From the IMG/VR virus record IMGVR_UViG_2974794945_000001, positions 229,273 to 293,272 of that record: 64,000 nt of DNA. One strand, given 5' to 3'. This DNA comes from a virus. Taxonomy: Duplodnaviria > Heunggongvirae > Uroviricota > Caudoviricetes. Shown here piece by piece: positions 1-11,183 of this stretch (the first letter of the stretch is position 1; every line of letters starts with the position of its first letter). Below the pieces are notes generated by a model, which made no database searches, had not been told where the DNA came from, and saw nothing but the letters and a program-made list of their open reading frames with translations. A program made the translations under genes and the position numbers.

Positions 1-1
1 T

Positions 2-1840
<1,839 letters not shown>

Positions 1841-1844
1841 GTAA

Positions 1845-2111
1845 ATGGAAATACCGATAGTAAGCGGAATCTTTAAATGGTTCCGTAAACGAAAAGAAAT
1901 AAGTCGGTTATTGCGACGACGTTACAACGTGGTTCACGAAGCAGTTTGTATGGGCGTTCATTTTGAACCCAGTACAGAGCGGTTTCAATGTCCATGTTGT
2001 GGTAATCGAATTTGTGGTAAGAAAAAGAATGGTTACATGGTACCTATTATCTTAGTGCACCAAGCAGACTACGATAATTATACCAATCAGATTAAAGCAC
2101 TGCAGTCTTAA
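1845..2111 (+). CDS. small Cys-rich zinc-ribbon protein (C-x-C...CPCCGNRIC)
   Basis: 88-aa ORF directly after ligA stop. Paired CxxC motifs. Followed by terminator. Confidence 0.5.
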   Translation: MEIPIVSGIFKWFRKRKEISRLLRRRYNVVHEAVCMGVHFEPSTERFQCPCCGNRICGKKKNGYMVPIILVHQADYDNYTNQIKALQS

Positions 2112-2115
2112 GGCA

Positions 2116-2152
2116 TAAGCTCTCCCTTCGGGGAGAGCACTATATTTTTTTT
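2116..2152 (+). terminator. rho-independent terminator
   Basis: Hairpin gctctccc-ttcg-gggagagc followed by T8 run. Confidence 0.7.
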
Positions 2153-2163
2153 GATTACATCAA

Positions 2164-2188
2164 ATCTGAAATCTATATTACTAACATG
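2164..2188 (+). promoter_or_regulatory. conserved promoter-like box atctgaaatCTATATTACt
   Basis: Member of recurring CTATATTAC motif family, 29 nt upstream of ATG at 2217. Confidence 0.45.
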
Positions 2189-2216
2189 TATCTACTACAC
2201 TTAAATAGGATTTGTA

Positions 2217-3140
2217 ATGGGCATTAAAAGACGGCTTCTGGAAAACCATAAAGAATGGTTATTCCGCGTAATGAATCTACATGATGTTGATTTTGCCATT
2301 GCTACCGATGAGAATGGTAAAAAGTGGGTAGCTTTTATTGAAGCCCATAACACTTATTCGGTTAGTCTACATTCAATCGATGATGGTCCACAAATTGGGC
2401 GTTGTATATTTACTGAAAATAGTGATGTCAAAAAGCACAGTTGGGAGTTTTGCACGCGAAATCCTAAACCGTCATTGAATGGGTTGTCGTTCAAACCAGA
2501 TCTAAACAGTGTAGTGGAAGATGTTATTTCATACACTGATGCAGCGCAAGATCTTGATGATAATCAAGGCATTCACATTTACACTTCACCTAATGGAACC
2601 GAATGGTATTTAACTAACGATTCTATTGAACGCGATCGTTTGAAATTGTTTCAATACATACCACATGCACGAATGTTTGGATGTGGGTATTGGTTTGATA
2701 TCAGTTTGCTGGACCAATATAACGGCATTTGGAACACCCCGGTAACAACCCCCGTCTTTGAAATTCCTCCCGCTCCTGAATCTGAAAGGCCTTACATTAC
2801 AAAAGTATCCGACAAGCCAAGTGCTTTGTTGGTACTTACAAACAAAGGCGATGGGATCAGAAAAATTAAACATCTTAACTTGACTTTAAATCTAAAGAAA
2901 GAGTTAGAGCCTGATGAAATCATGGACATTTACCCTGCGTTAAGAAGCGCGTTGCAGCGTGAATTCCCCCAAAACAAAATTGTGATTGACCTAGACCAAG
3001 TTGTCTTTGTAATACACGGTACCCGTATTACTGGTCGTAACATGCGGGCTGCACATGGCTCACGCTACTATTGTGATATACCTAAAGATCAATCGCAATT
3101 TCAATTCCAACCTAACCATTTTCCTGCTCGTTACTGCTGA
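2217..3140 (+). CDS. hypothetical protein (307 aa)
   Basis: Long ORF, same strand, downstream of promoter box. Confidence 0.6.
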   Translation: MGIKRRLLENHKEWLFRVMNLHDVDFAIATDENGKKWVAFIEAHNTYSVSLHSIDDGPQIGRCIFTENSDVKKHSWEFCTRNPKPSLNGLSFKPDLNSVVEDVISYTDAAQDLDDNQGIHIYTSPNGTEWYLTNDSIERDRLKLFQYIPHARMFGCGYWFDISLLDQYNGIWNTPVTTPVFEIPPAPESERPYITKVSDKPSALLVLTNKGDGIRKIKHLNLTLNLKKELEPDEIMDIYPALRSALQREFPQNKIVIDLDQVVFVIHGTRITGRNMRAAHGSRYYCDIPKDQSQFQFQPNHFPARYC

Positions 3141-3148
3141 GGTTTTAT

Positions 3149-4060
3149 ATGTTCAAGGCTTTACGTAATCGTTACCGTTTGACGCGTTTGTTTGAAATGG
3201 ATGCCATCAAAAACAACATCTGTTGTTTCCGTACAGATGAAGATGAATACGTTCATCTGTTTTTGGATGACAAAGGACAACGCCATGCATACAGCTCTGT
3301 AACTTTGCAACCAATTGATATAGCAACCGTTACTATTCCAGATAAAGATTGTTTCCGTTGGACCTCTTGGGATCGTAAACCATTTTCTAGTTATTACGAG
3401 CGCGGTATCAGTGCAATTAAAGTACTGAAAGCTCGGCATGCCGAAACATGGCAGGGTGTTCCATTTATCAAAGTAAATGGAAAGGTGTTGTACATTAGCC
3501 GAGGTAGCGATGGCGGCGAGTGGTTTGAACTAACCGATATTAATGGAAATGAATTTATTTTTCCTACGGTTATGTTGAACGTGCTTAATTCAAGCAATTA
3601 TATTGATCTGGATATGTACACTGCAAAAGTGGTTAACCTTTACGGCGAAGGTAATCCTGTTGAAGATTGGAAACCTATCATTGCCTGGGGTAATGAACCA
3701 ACCTCTAATCAACCAGCGTATTCTGAGTTGATTGAAATGGATGGGTTTCCAGGTATGTTAGAACTACATACCAAAGACATTGTTATTAACATCAGTGAAA
3801 TTGATAACAGCGCTACACCAATTGTAGATTTGCATCCATTTGTTAAAATCATCAAATGGAATTTGTTGGATCACAATGCACGCTGGACACTCGATGTAAG
3901 TAACATTCTTTTGCAAGTGGGTAAAAATCCAATCCTGATTCGTGTTGGTGATTTACCTACGGAAGTGCCAGGACATCGTTTCATTATGTCCAATATGGTA
4001 GATGGCAACGAAAGTCAACATATCAACTACAATGTTGACCTGCCATCAACGTATCCATGA
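3149..4060 (+). CDS. hypothetical protein (303 aa)
   Basis: Long ORF, 9-nt spacing from previous gene. Confidence 0.6.
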   Translation: MFKALRNRYRLTRLFEMDAIKNNICCFRTDEDEYVHLFLDDKGQRHAYSSVTLQPIDIATVTIPDKDCFRWTSWDRKPFSSYYERGISAIKVLKARHAETWQGVPFIKVNGKVLYISRGSDGGEWFELTDINGNEFIFPTVMLNVLNSSNYIDLDMYTAKVVNLYGEGNPVEDWKPIIAWGNEPTSNQPAYSELIEMDGFPGMLELHTKDIVINISEIDNSATPIVDLHPFVKIIKWNLLDHNARWTLDVSNILLQVGKNPILIRVGDLPTEVPGHRFIMSNMVDGNESQHINYNVDLPSTYP

Positions 4061-4076
4061 TGGATTTAAAACATTT

Positions 4077-4098
4077 AAAAGGCTATATTACAATAGTG
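4077..4098 (+). promoter_or_regulatory. promoter-like box aaaggCTATATTACaat
   Basis: CTATATTAC motif. Here it precedes a hairpin (4116-4133) rather than following one. Confidence 0.35.
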
Positions 4099-4115
4099 AT
4101 CTAGCTACCTATTTA

Positions 4116-4140
4116 GCCTCTCTTCGGAGAGGCTTTATGC
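4116..4140 (+). terminator. hairpin gcctctc-ttcg-gagaggc + tttatgcc (terminator or 5' stabilising hairpin)
   Basis: Perfect 7-bp stem with ttcg loop. Same hairpin sequence recurs at 32824 and 49178. Confidence 0.5.
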
Positions 4141-4162
4141 CCTTTAACTACAGGTATATCAA

Positions 4163-4450
4163 ATGGCTCTTCCAGCTCGCTGGACTACGTCTGTGAAAGC
4201 TACTGCTACCCTCTACTTAAATGGAGGTAAACCAGAAGTTGTTCGCAGTATTGTAAAAGACTTAAACGTTTTGTACAATACACATCTCGCTACTGATAAA
4301 GAAGCTGGACGTGCCGTAGCCGTACTAGAGAAACTCACCGACTGTGTTGGTGGGCGCTTTGATCACCACCGTAATACCAATAACCTAACTGCTGCTAAAC
4401 GCATGCAGATAGTGGAAGCACAGCTGCATAAAGCCAGGCCTCCCTACTAA
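4163..4450 (+). CDS. hypothetical protein (95 aa)
   Basis: ORF. Confidence 0.5.
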   Translation: MALPARWTTSVKATATLYLNGGKPEVVRSIVKDLNVLYNTHLATDKEAGRAVAVLEKLTDCVGGRFDHHRNTNNLTAAKRMQIVEAQLHKARPPY

Positions 4451-4495
4451 CCGTATTGGGACCTGGTAATAACTAATCATACCAGGAGGTTCCCA

Positions 4496-4858
4496 GTGGG
4501 TCCAGTATATTTCCAACTAACAAACAACACCATTACTTTTGAAGATCTGATCCCAGTTGGTCAGAACGCAGAAGGCCTTAAGTTCACGCTAGTCGATCGT
4601 TACAGTCGTAAGCCGATAGATCATCCAATGTCGATTAAAGCCATCGACAAACGCCATGAGGGCGTTGCTGTGTCATCTGTCGTTATGCAAGGCGACACAG
4701 AAAGTACCATGCAAGCACTTAAAGCTTGGTGGAACAAATGTGAGATCCATGAAATTGAACTTGAGTGGTATCACATTGACAGTGCAAAGGTAGACATTCG
4801 TGTCAAAGGTAATCCTAAGCACATTATGAATTATGCACTAAAAGTAGAAACAGCATAG
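4496..4858 (+). CDS. hypothetical protein (120 aa)
   Basis: ORF; aggagg RBS at 4484-4489. Confidence 0.55.
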   Translation: MGPVYFQLTNNTITFEDLIPVGQNAEGLKFTLVDRYSRKPIDHPMSIKAIDKRHEGVAVSSVVMQGDTESTMQALKAWWNKCEIHEIELEWYHIDSAKVDIRVKGNPKHIMNYALKVETA

Positions 4859-4875
4859 TTCATCCTATTCGGAAT

Positions 4876-4929
4876 GGACTCCTCTGGCCTTCGGGTTAGG
4901 GGAGTCCATACTAATGGTTTTTTCTTTTT
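4876..4929 (+). terminator. rho-independent terminator
   Basis: Hairpin ggactcc...ggagtcc, then ggttttttcttttt. Confidence 0.65.
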
Positions 4930-5052
4930 ATACTGACCACCCTCTTAGTATAAGTAAAGAGCGCTACTAAAGAGCAATGAGGGAGGCTTTTATTTTGTAA
5001 CATGGTTGCATAGCAACATCCTTATTCTAAAAATACAATCGGAGCTACGCCA

Positions 5053-5445
5053 TTGAAACAAGTTGTACTTATTCCGGTTTTAGATACCGGTACTAACGAG
5101 CAACGCAAATTGTTCACTGATGGTACGCAAATTGATGCGGTTCACAACTGTGAGTTGCTGAATGCGTATCTGGAACGTTTTACTGATTACTTTGTTGTAT
5201 GTGATGCCATTATTCCTGGTGTCTATCAACGGACAATCTATTTTAAAGGTCCAACCGCTTCTATTCAAATCGGTTCGCTGATGGTCGATCTTAAGACGGG
5301 GCTTTATACTTTGAAGCTCAGTGATCCCATGGCACGTCCAGCTGGTTTGGATATTCATCTCACTGTTAACACTATCCCCAAGGAAAGCGAATGTCGATCC
5401 AAGTATCCCTCCGAGCAATGCCACTCGATGAAAGCAGTGGCGTAA
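5053..5445 (+). CDS. hypothetical protein (130 aa; TTG start per ORF track)
   Basis: ORF; ggag RBS 10 nt upstream. Confidence 0.5.
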   Translation: MKQVVLIPVLDTGTNEQRKLFTDGTQIDAVHNCELLNAYLERFTDYFVVCDAIIPGVYQRTIYFKGPTASIQIGSLMVDLKTGLYTLKLSDPMARPAGLDIHLTVNTIPKESECRSKYPSEQCHSMKAVA

Positions 5446-5855
5446 AAGAACTCATTGTACAAGTACCTATTGTTGATTCAGAGTGTTACCAGCTACCTGA
5501 TATTTTAAAAGTAGACAGTAACCGAATTAGTTGGGTTTCCCCTGTACAAATCTGTGTACAATACACGGATGTTCCTGCTCCAGGTTTTACATTTACCCTA
5601 GGTCCTAATCCAGATGGAAAGGGCCAATGGTTATACGTGTGGTATAAATTGCATCGAGTAGCTATAGTTGCTATTGGTGGACCACATGGGCGAATTGTAG
5701 TCGGATCAAATTTGGTTGATGAAACTACACCAGCTGATTTAGCTGAAGTTATAAACCAAGTAACCATTGCTTTCCTTGTACACATCAAGGAAACTCATGA
5801 AGACGACACTAACACTGGACTTCTCCAACAGGGGAGTTGTATCGGGACGGTCTAG
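5391..5855 (+). CDS. hypothetical protein (start uncertain; overlaps neighbours)
   Basis: ORF; overlaps 5053..5445 by 55 nt, so true start is probably internal. Confidence 0.4.
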   Translation: MSIQVSLRAMPLDESSGVKELIVQVPIVDSECYQLPDILKVDSNRISWVSPVQICVQYTDVPAPGFTFTLGPNPDGKGQWLYVWYKLHRVAIVAIGGPHGRIVVGSNLVDETTPADLAEVINQVTIAFLVHIKETHEDDTNTGLLQQGSCIGTV

Positions 5856-6174
5856 CTCATTAGTACACGTAGGTTCTAAAGACCACACGTTTATTGATGT
5901 TGATGTATTGTCAATAACACAAGGGCCACAAAACTATGAATCTGAATTGGGTGTCTATAAGGAACCACAAATTGAATTCCCTAATCGGGTAATCTTTACG
6001 TTCTTTGACAAAATCCAAAACCAGATGATTGCTGAACTAGAAATAGAACTGCAGTTAAAAAGGTTACGTTGGATTAAACCTGTTAGTATGCGCCGCATGA
6101 CACCATTTCAGACGACTATCGAATTGTCTCAAGATCCGGCTATCTTGGTGCACTTACCGAGTATAGCTGTATGA
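5767..6174 (+). CDS. hypothetical protein (start uncertain, possibly ATG 5797)
   Basis: ORF overlapping previous. Confidence 0.4.
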   Translation: MLSLYTSRKLMKTTLTLDFSNRGVVSGRSSSLVHVGSKDHTFIDVDVLSITQGPQNYESELGVYKEPQIEFPNRVIFTFFDKIQNQMIAELEIELQLKRLRWIKPVSMRRMTPFQTTIELSQDPAILVHLPSIAV

Positions 6175-6587
6175 TCGAAGTTACTATAGCGCTGTATGAC
6201 AAACGCCAAGGAGATCTTGGTGACTTTGTTAGAGGGACAGAAGACAAGACCTTAGGGAACCCTTATTGGATTACCCCAGGCCTAACTTTTGAAACGGATG
6301 GTCAAGCGGTACATGCTTTTAAAACAGTACCCACGTTGCATTCTTATGAAGGAATTAAACAATTCCAGATTTGGGACAAGCGCAGTCAGTCCGTTAGGAA
6401 ATTAGTAGCCACTATTACAATGGATACTAATACTAACACCTACACGGTAGCATTAGAACCTTACTACCAACGGCGTCGGTTGAACACTACTTTCCATGTA
6501 CATGGGAATTATAATCGACCACCAGCGCCTGTGGCATTCCATAACAAAACTCATCACGGCGATTGGGTTTTCGACAACACGATTTGA
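6171..6587 (+). CDS. hypothetical protein (138 aa)
   Basis: ORF; ATGA overlap with previous stop. Confidence 0.55.
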   Translation: MIEVTIALYDKRQGDLGDFVRGTEDKTLGNPYWITPGLTFETDGQAVHAFKTVPTLHSYEGIKQFQIWDKRSQSVRKLVATITMDTNTNTYTVALEPYYQRRRLNTTFHVHGNYNRPPAPVAFHNKTHHGDWVFDNTI

Positions 6588-6589
6588 CT

Positions 6590-6796
6590 ATGAGCAAAGA
6601 ATCTCGCATTTTGGACTTAGAAGAACAACTGGCTAATTATGTCAGCAATCTACAAACGTTTACCCGAAAGCTCAGTGACCTAAACAAAGAAATTCAGAAA
6701 GCCAACGATGTTAATGAATTGTTGACTAAACGTGTTGAACGTTTAGAAGCCCACATTGTTTGTGTTTCAGGTAAATCCCTTCCAGATTTAGATTGA
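6590..6796 (+). CDS. small coiled-coil protein (MSKESRILDLEEQLANY...)
   Basis: ORF; internal ATG at 6590 directly after upstream stop; heptad-like pattern. Confidence 0.5.
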   Translation: MSKESRILDLEEQLANYVSNLQTFTRKLSDLNKEIQKANDVNELLTKRVERLEAHIVCVSGKSLPDLD

Positions 6797-6803
6797 GGTT
6801 AAC

Positions 6804-7274
6804 ATGCTTCATCCAGTAATTTCCAGAGAACATTTTGCTAAACTGAATCTACCTATTGACAACTTTACCTATTTCCCAGAAAATACTGTGGATGCGGTTT
6901 TGGTTGAAAAACTCTTGCTGCGTGAAGCCCGTTGGTTATCCCGTAATAAAGCAGGGGTACTGGTAGGTTACAATCCAGAAGAAGATATTCAAATTGGTAT
7001 TCGTTTGGCATTGAACCAAGATCAGAAAGTTTTGGACAGTGATATTTTCTGGACTAATCTGACCGGGAAAGGTAAAGACGATCATCTGGATATTTTGTTC
7101 TCAGACGCTATGACGGACATCATCAACATCACTCGTGCAACACATAGTTACCACATGCATTCAACAGCACCACGTGGTTGGGCTGCTTGCTTTGGTCCTA
7201 ATGGGGAAGTAGAAGCGATTGGTCGAAACTATGTGATTGGTGCCACCAACATTGAAAGAAGGTTTGCTGAATAA
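6804..7274 (+). CDS. hypothetical protein (156 aa)
   Basis: ORF. Confidence 0.55.
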   Translation: MLHPVISREHFAKLNLPIDNFTYFPENTVDAVLVEKLLLREARWLSRNKAGVLVGYNPEEDIQIGIRLALNQDQKVLDSDIFWTNLTGKGKDDHLDILFSDAMTDIINITRATHSYHMHSTAPRGWAACFGPNGEVEAIGRNYVIGATNIERRFAE

Positions 7275-7276
7275 CA

Positions 7277-7720
7277 ATGTCAACTATTTTATACGCTTTG
7301 GATAATCGTTTTCTAGAAACAATTAAAACCATGCTGGCTAAGCCAATGGATAAAGAATATTGGACTGGGCCATTAGTTAAAAATTCAGCTTTGGTTCGAT
7401 TGGTCCAGAAAGCCGAACGTATTGTTACTGAACAAGATTTGCTTACCCCTAATATTGAAGTACCTAAAGGCAAATTCATTTTGGGGATTGGTGCCGAATG
7501 GAACGATGTTAATGGGGTAATGCATCGAAAGAACAGCGATCTGTTCTTTGATCATGAGTTGTTTGATAACCCCATGGCTACATTGGTAAAACAATTGCAC
7601 GGCTTTGGGGATGCCATAATCCCAGTGGAATGTGTACCTGATCAAACCACAGCTTATGCCTGGACCTTGAGTAGCTATGAAGGCTACACTGTTCTTCGTA
7701 TCTGCGGACAATTTAAATAA
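7277..7720 (+). CDS. hypothetical protein (147 aa)
   Basis: ORF, 3-nt spacing. Confidence 0.55.
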   Translation: MSTILYALDNRFLETIKTMLAKPMDKEYWTGPLVKNSALVRLVQKAERIVTEQDLLTPNIEVPKGKFILGIGAEWNDVNGVMHRKNSDLFFDHELFDNPMATLVKQLHGFGDAIIPVECVPDQTTAYAWTLSSYEGYTVLRICGQFK

Positions 7721-7947
7721 TGCATGACTCTCCTATGGAGGGTCTTATGCCCCTGTGAGATAGACCGTGTTAATAGACAACCCACCTGTAAATTGGTTAC
7801 ATGCAGTAGGTACCCTGTTGTTGGCACTCAGTTATTTGTTATGCCACGGCACTTTTGGTAAGAACAAAGCATTAGTTAACTTAGGGATTCTAGTATTCAT
7901 GCTAGGGGTTGCCTCTATTACCGCAGCTGAACTTAAGTAACTTAATA

Positions 7948-7974
7948 AATCTCAGATCTATATTACTATCTTGA
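7948..7974 (+). promoter_or_regulatory. promoter-like box aatctcagatCTATATTACtatcttga
   Basis: 27-nt sequence identical to 27719..27745; 29 nt upstream of ATG 8003. Confidence 0.5.
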
Positions 7975-8002
7975 ATTCAAGACCATTCCTTAGGAGTATT
8001 AC

Positions 8003-8749
8003 ATGCAACAAGTTCAAACAGATACCAACATGTGCCGCGTTATGATGAATGCAATGATCCAATGGATGATTGATACCAACATGGCTCAACGTATTCACGT
8101 AGTAACTGACGCAACCATGTTTGACGTGGGTATCTTGAAAAACAATGTAAACGGTTTGTATCAAATCGTACTGAACATTGCCGCATCGGCTGTTCGTAAT
8201 TTCTCATACAACGAACATACCTTCAGTTTTAACTGCTCCAATAATGGTGTTGACGTTCCTCTGAATGTCCCATATGAAGCAGTGTTGGGTTTCCTGATTC
8301 CTACCGCTGAAGGTTACACTTCTTTCTTCCCTATTCCAAACATGGAACGGGAATTGCTTGCTCTTCAAAAGACGCAAAACATGTTGCAAGAACTGGATCA
8401 ATTGGATCTGGGTGATGATGCTCCGTCAATGGCGCAGTTGAATGAACTCATGCGTGGTGTAGGGGTTAATGAACCGGCCAAACCAGTTGAGTCTTCCCCA
8501 TACGCGGTACATGGTCTTAACACAAATAGCGGTGAAGACGACACTAACACCCACGCTAATTCTTTGCCCACCAATGTTGAACTCATGCGTCGTAAACCAT
8601 TCACTGAACGTCCGGTGGCAAAAGTTGAAAAAGAAGCCCCACGACCATTGTTGGATTTTGGTCCAGTTGGCGGTGTAGTGTTTCAATCTAAACGTCCACG
8701 TCGTAAAGACGGTCCGAACCTGACCCTTATCCAAGGCGGAAAGAAATGA
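8003..8749 (+). CDS. hypothetical protein (248 aa)
   Basis: ORF after promoter box. Confidence 0.6.
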   Translation: MQQVQTDTNMCRVMMNAMIQWMIDTNMAQRIHVVTDATMFDVGILKNNVNGLYQIVLNIAASAVRNFSYNEHTFSFNCSNNGVDVPLNVPYEAVLGFLIPTAEGYTSFFPIPNMERELLALQKTQNMLQELDQLDLGDDAPSMAQLNELMRGVGVNEPAKPVESSPYAVHGLNTNSGEDDTNTHANSLPTNVELMRRKPFTERPVAKVEKEAPRPLLDFGPVGGVVFQSKRPRRKDGPNLTLIQGGKK

Positions 8750-9468
8750 ATTTGTGCGAACTACGTGCACACGTCATGCGGCGTGATTCTACACGCATGG
8801 CGGCAATCTTCAATGAACTAAAAGAAGATTCACAGTTTAAACAATTTGATATTTACGAGATGAATGACTTTTTGTTTCGTGAACTGGTATGGGCACCCGA
8901 AGAAGTGTCGGTTGATTCCAGAGAACTATATCAAATCAACATCCGAACTATCCCCATGGTTCGTTACGGCAATGGTAATCTGTGTATCCTTCCTGAAGAT
9001 GCACAAACATTCTGGCCAAGTCTGAATGACATTACTAACCCCCATACACCTATTCATGACATGGTTCATGCTGCATTGGTCAACCATGTTACAGGTTGGG
9101 ACCTGCGCATCGATGCGCCAGCCATGCGAATGCCGGTTCCTTTCACCTACGATCAACTGCGTCAGAATTTTGATGGCATTGTTGTAGGTGCGGAAAAAGT
9201 CATGTATTTGGATACCGAACTGAAAGTAGCCAAACTGACCAAGCACTTAACTATTACTGTGGTTTTGTTGATTACACCAAACGTGCTGTACGCATTGGGA
9301 AATCAGAAATACGGCGGAGAACGTACTGGTTTCTATACTTGCGACAATTCACTAAAAACAGAAGTGGAAGATAGCGAACTACCATTCGATCAGAATGAAA
9401 GTTTCTATGCGCACCTTACCAAAAACAGTTTTGATGCAACTGTAATGTTGCTACCGGGGCTTGAGTAA
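8746..9468 (+). CDS. hypothetical protein (240 aa)
   Basis: ORF; ATGA overlap. Confidence 0.6.
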   Translation: MNLCELRAHVMRRDSTRMAAIFNELKEDSQFKQFDIYEMNDFLFRELVWAPEEVSVDSRELYQINIRTIPMVRYGNGNLCILPEDAQTFWPSLNDITNPHTPIHDMVHAALVNHVTGWDLRIDAPAMRMPVPFTYDQLRQNFDGIVVGAEKVMYLDTELKVAKLTKHLTITVVLLITPNVLYALGNQKYGGERTGFYTCDNSLKTEVEDSELPFDQNESFYAHLTKNSFDATVMLLPGLE

Positions 9469-9471
9469 AAC

Positions 9472-10836
9472 ATGACTTTTCAAGATGTGTTGGGCTTTTA
9501 TCATGAAACGCTTAACTTGTTGTCTCATGGGGATTCAACCGTAAAAGGTTTCCTTGTGTTAGGTATCATGGGTGCACTGGGCTGGATTGGTCGTACATGG
9601 CCAGCTATGTTCATTGCATTCATTCGACGTAACATCATTGCGTCTATGACATTCACTCGTGCTGGGTCCTATTCAATGGACCTACAAAACTACGCAGAAT
9701 TCATGCGTTGGTTCAGTGAATCTAAATGGGCAAAGTATGATCGCAATCGTCGAGTAACATTTGACCGCGATAATCCTTATTTTGGACCAGGAGCAGGTTT
9801 TCACTGGTTCATCCATAATGGCCGCTACTTCTGGTTTCATGTGGTGCGTTTGAATTCCTCGGGTACAGATATCGAGAAAGAAGAATTCACCCTTTATACC
9901 TTCGGTCGTGATACTGCTCCGCTGGAAGCAATTGTAGAAGAGTTCCGTATTAAACCATGCAAAAGTTCTATACGTATCTTTGCACCTAATGATGGTGATT
10001 GGAAACGTCAAGGCAAATTGCGTTTGGATGCGGATGAAACTCTCATCATTGACCCGGACGTGGAACAAGAGTTCTTTGGTTCACTGGACTGGTACATTAA
10101 CAATGAGGCATGGTATCGTAAACGTGGTCGTGCTTACAAACACACGGTCATCCTGCACGGCCCACCTGGTACCGGTAAAACGTCTCTGATCAAGCGTGCA
10201 GCGCGTAAGTATAAACGTGACTTGCATTTCTTGAATTTGTCAACACACGGTCGTTCTCTGGCAGAACTGGTAGCTAAATTGCAACCGGGTGACATTCTCT
10301 GCATTGAAGACTTTGATGATGTGCGTTCTTTGCATCGTCGAGTAGAAACCAAAACGGTTGGTGTAACCGATGGTGATGATAGCAAAAGCCCTGGTGCTTT
10401 GCTGATGGATTGTGACATTGCACTGAGCACGTTCTTGAACGTATTGCAAGGTGTTGTGGAACTTGATGACATCATCATTATCATGACTACTAACCACCTG
10501 GAAAAGATTGACCCAGCTGTTTACCGTCGTTCTCGCGTAGACAAATTGATCGAAGTCCTGCCTCTTAAAGATGCAGAGATTAAACGCTACATCGATCAGA
10601 TGTATGATAATCCTACTTACGATCGTAATGTAATGTATCCAGATGTACCGGCTTCTACTTTGTCCGGTATATTCCAGGAACACCCAGACGATCATCTGGC
10701 TTTTATTAATAAGCTAGATTCCTTGGATGATGCGTACATCGCTAACAACTACGCATTACAACCAGAACCTAAACGGCCACCAGTGATTAAAAAGGAACCT
10801 GCTCCTGCATTGGAGGCTGTTGCTCTATCGGAATAG
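9472..10836 (+). CDS. membrane-anchored AAA+ ATPase, Bcs1-like
   Basis: N-terminal TM segment GFLVLGIMGALGWIG. Walker A HGPPGTGKTS. Bcs1-type Walker B ILCIEDFDD (E-D order). Sensor-1 IIMTTN. Arg finger region PAVYRRSRVD. Confidence 0.8.
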   Translation: MTFQDVLGFYHETLNLLSHGDSTVKGFLVLGIMGALGWIGRTWPAMFIAFIRRNIIASMTFTRAGSYSMDLQNYAEFMRWFSESKWAKYDRNRRVTFDRDNPYFGPGAGFHWFIHNGRYFWFHVVRLNSSGTDIEKEEFTLYTFGRDTAPLEAIVEEFRIKPCKSSIRIFAPNDGDWKRQGKLRLDADETLIIDPDVEQEFFGSLDWYINNEAWYRKRGRAYKHTVILHGPPGTGKTSLIKRAARKYKRDLHFLNLSTHGRSLAELVAKLQPGDILCIEDFDDVRSLHRRVETKTVGVTDGDDSKSPGALLMDCDIALSTFLNVLQGVVELDDIIIIMTTNHLEKIDPAVYRRSRVDKLIEVLPLKDAEIKRYIDQMYDNPTYDRNVMYPDVPASTLSGIFQEHPDDHLAFINKLDSLDDAYIANNYALQPEPKRPPVIKKEPAPALEAVALSE

Positions 10837-10841
10837 AATAC

Positions 10842-11183
10842 ATGGAACAGCTCAAACAAAAAGAATTCGACGTCTACCCAGATGAGATGACCTATCACAA
10901 AGATCGATTCCTGCACCCTAGCCGGAAATGTGAACTGGTCCGTTTTGTTGGTGCATTCCATTCGGATCATGTGCTTACAACCGAAGTCGAAGTTATTTGT
11001 CGTGGGAATGAACCGGGCAAGGTAGCACGGTTCTTGGTTCGTTACGGTGATCAAGAAGCTGATTTGATCATGGATTTGGAAACTTGCCGTTACTCTGCAT
11101 CTGTTAACATCAAAACTAAACTAGTCGATGTGATCCTTGTATTCCGCGCAGAATATCGGGAGGCACCAAAGGAAGCAGTATGA
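10842..11183 (+). CDS. hypothetical protein (113 aa)
   Basis: ORF. Confidence 0.5.
   Translation: MEQLKQKEFDVYPDEMTYHKDRFLHPSRKCELVRFVGAFHSDHVLTTEVEVICRGNEPGKVARFLVRYGDQEADLIMDLETCRYSASVNIKTKLVDVILVFRAEYREAPKEAV

Noticed and set aside
5391-6174. Programmed frameshift linking overlapping ORFs 5053/5391/5767
   Set aside because: No slippery heptamer was noticed at the overlaps. Internal start codons give a simpler explanation.
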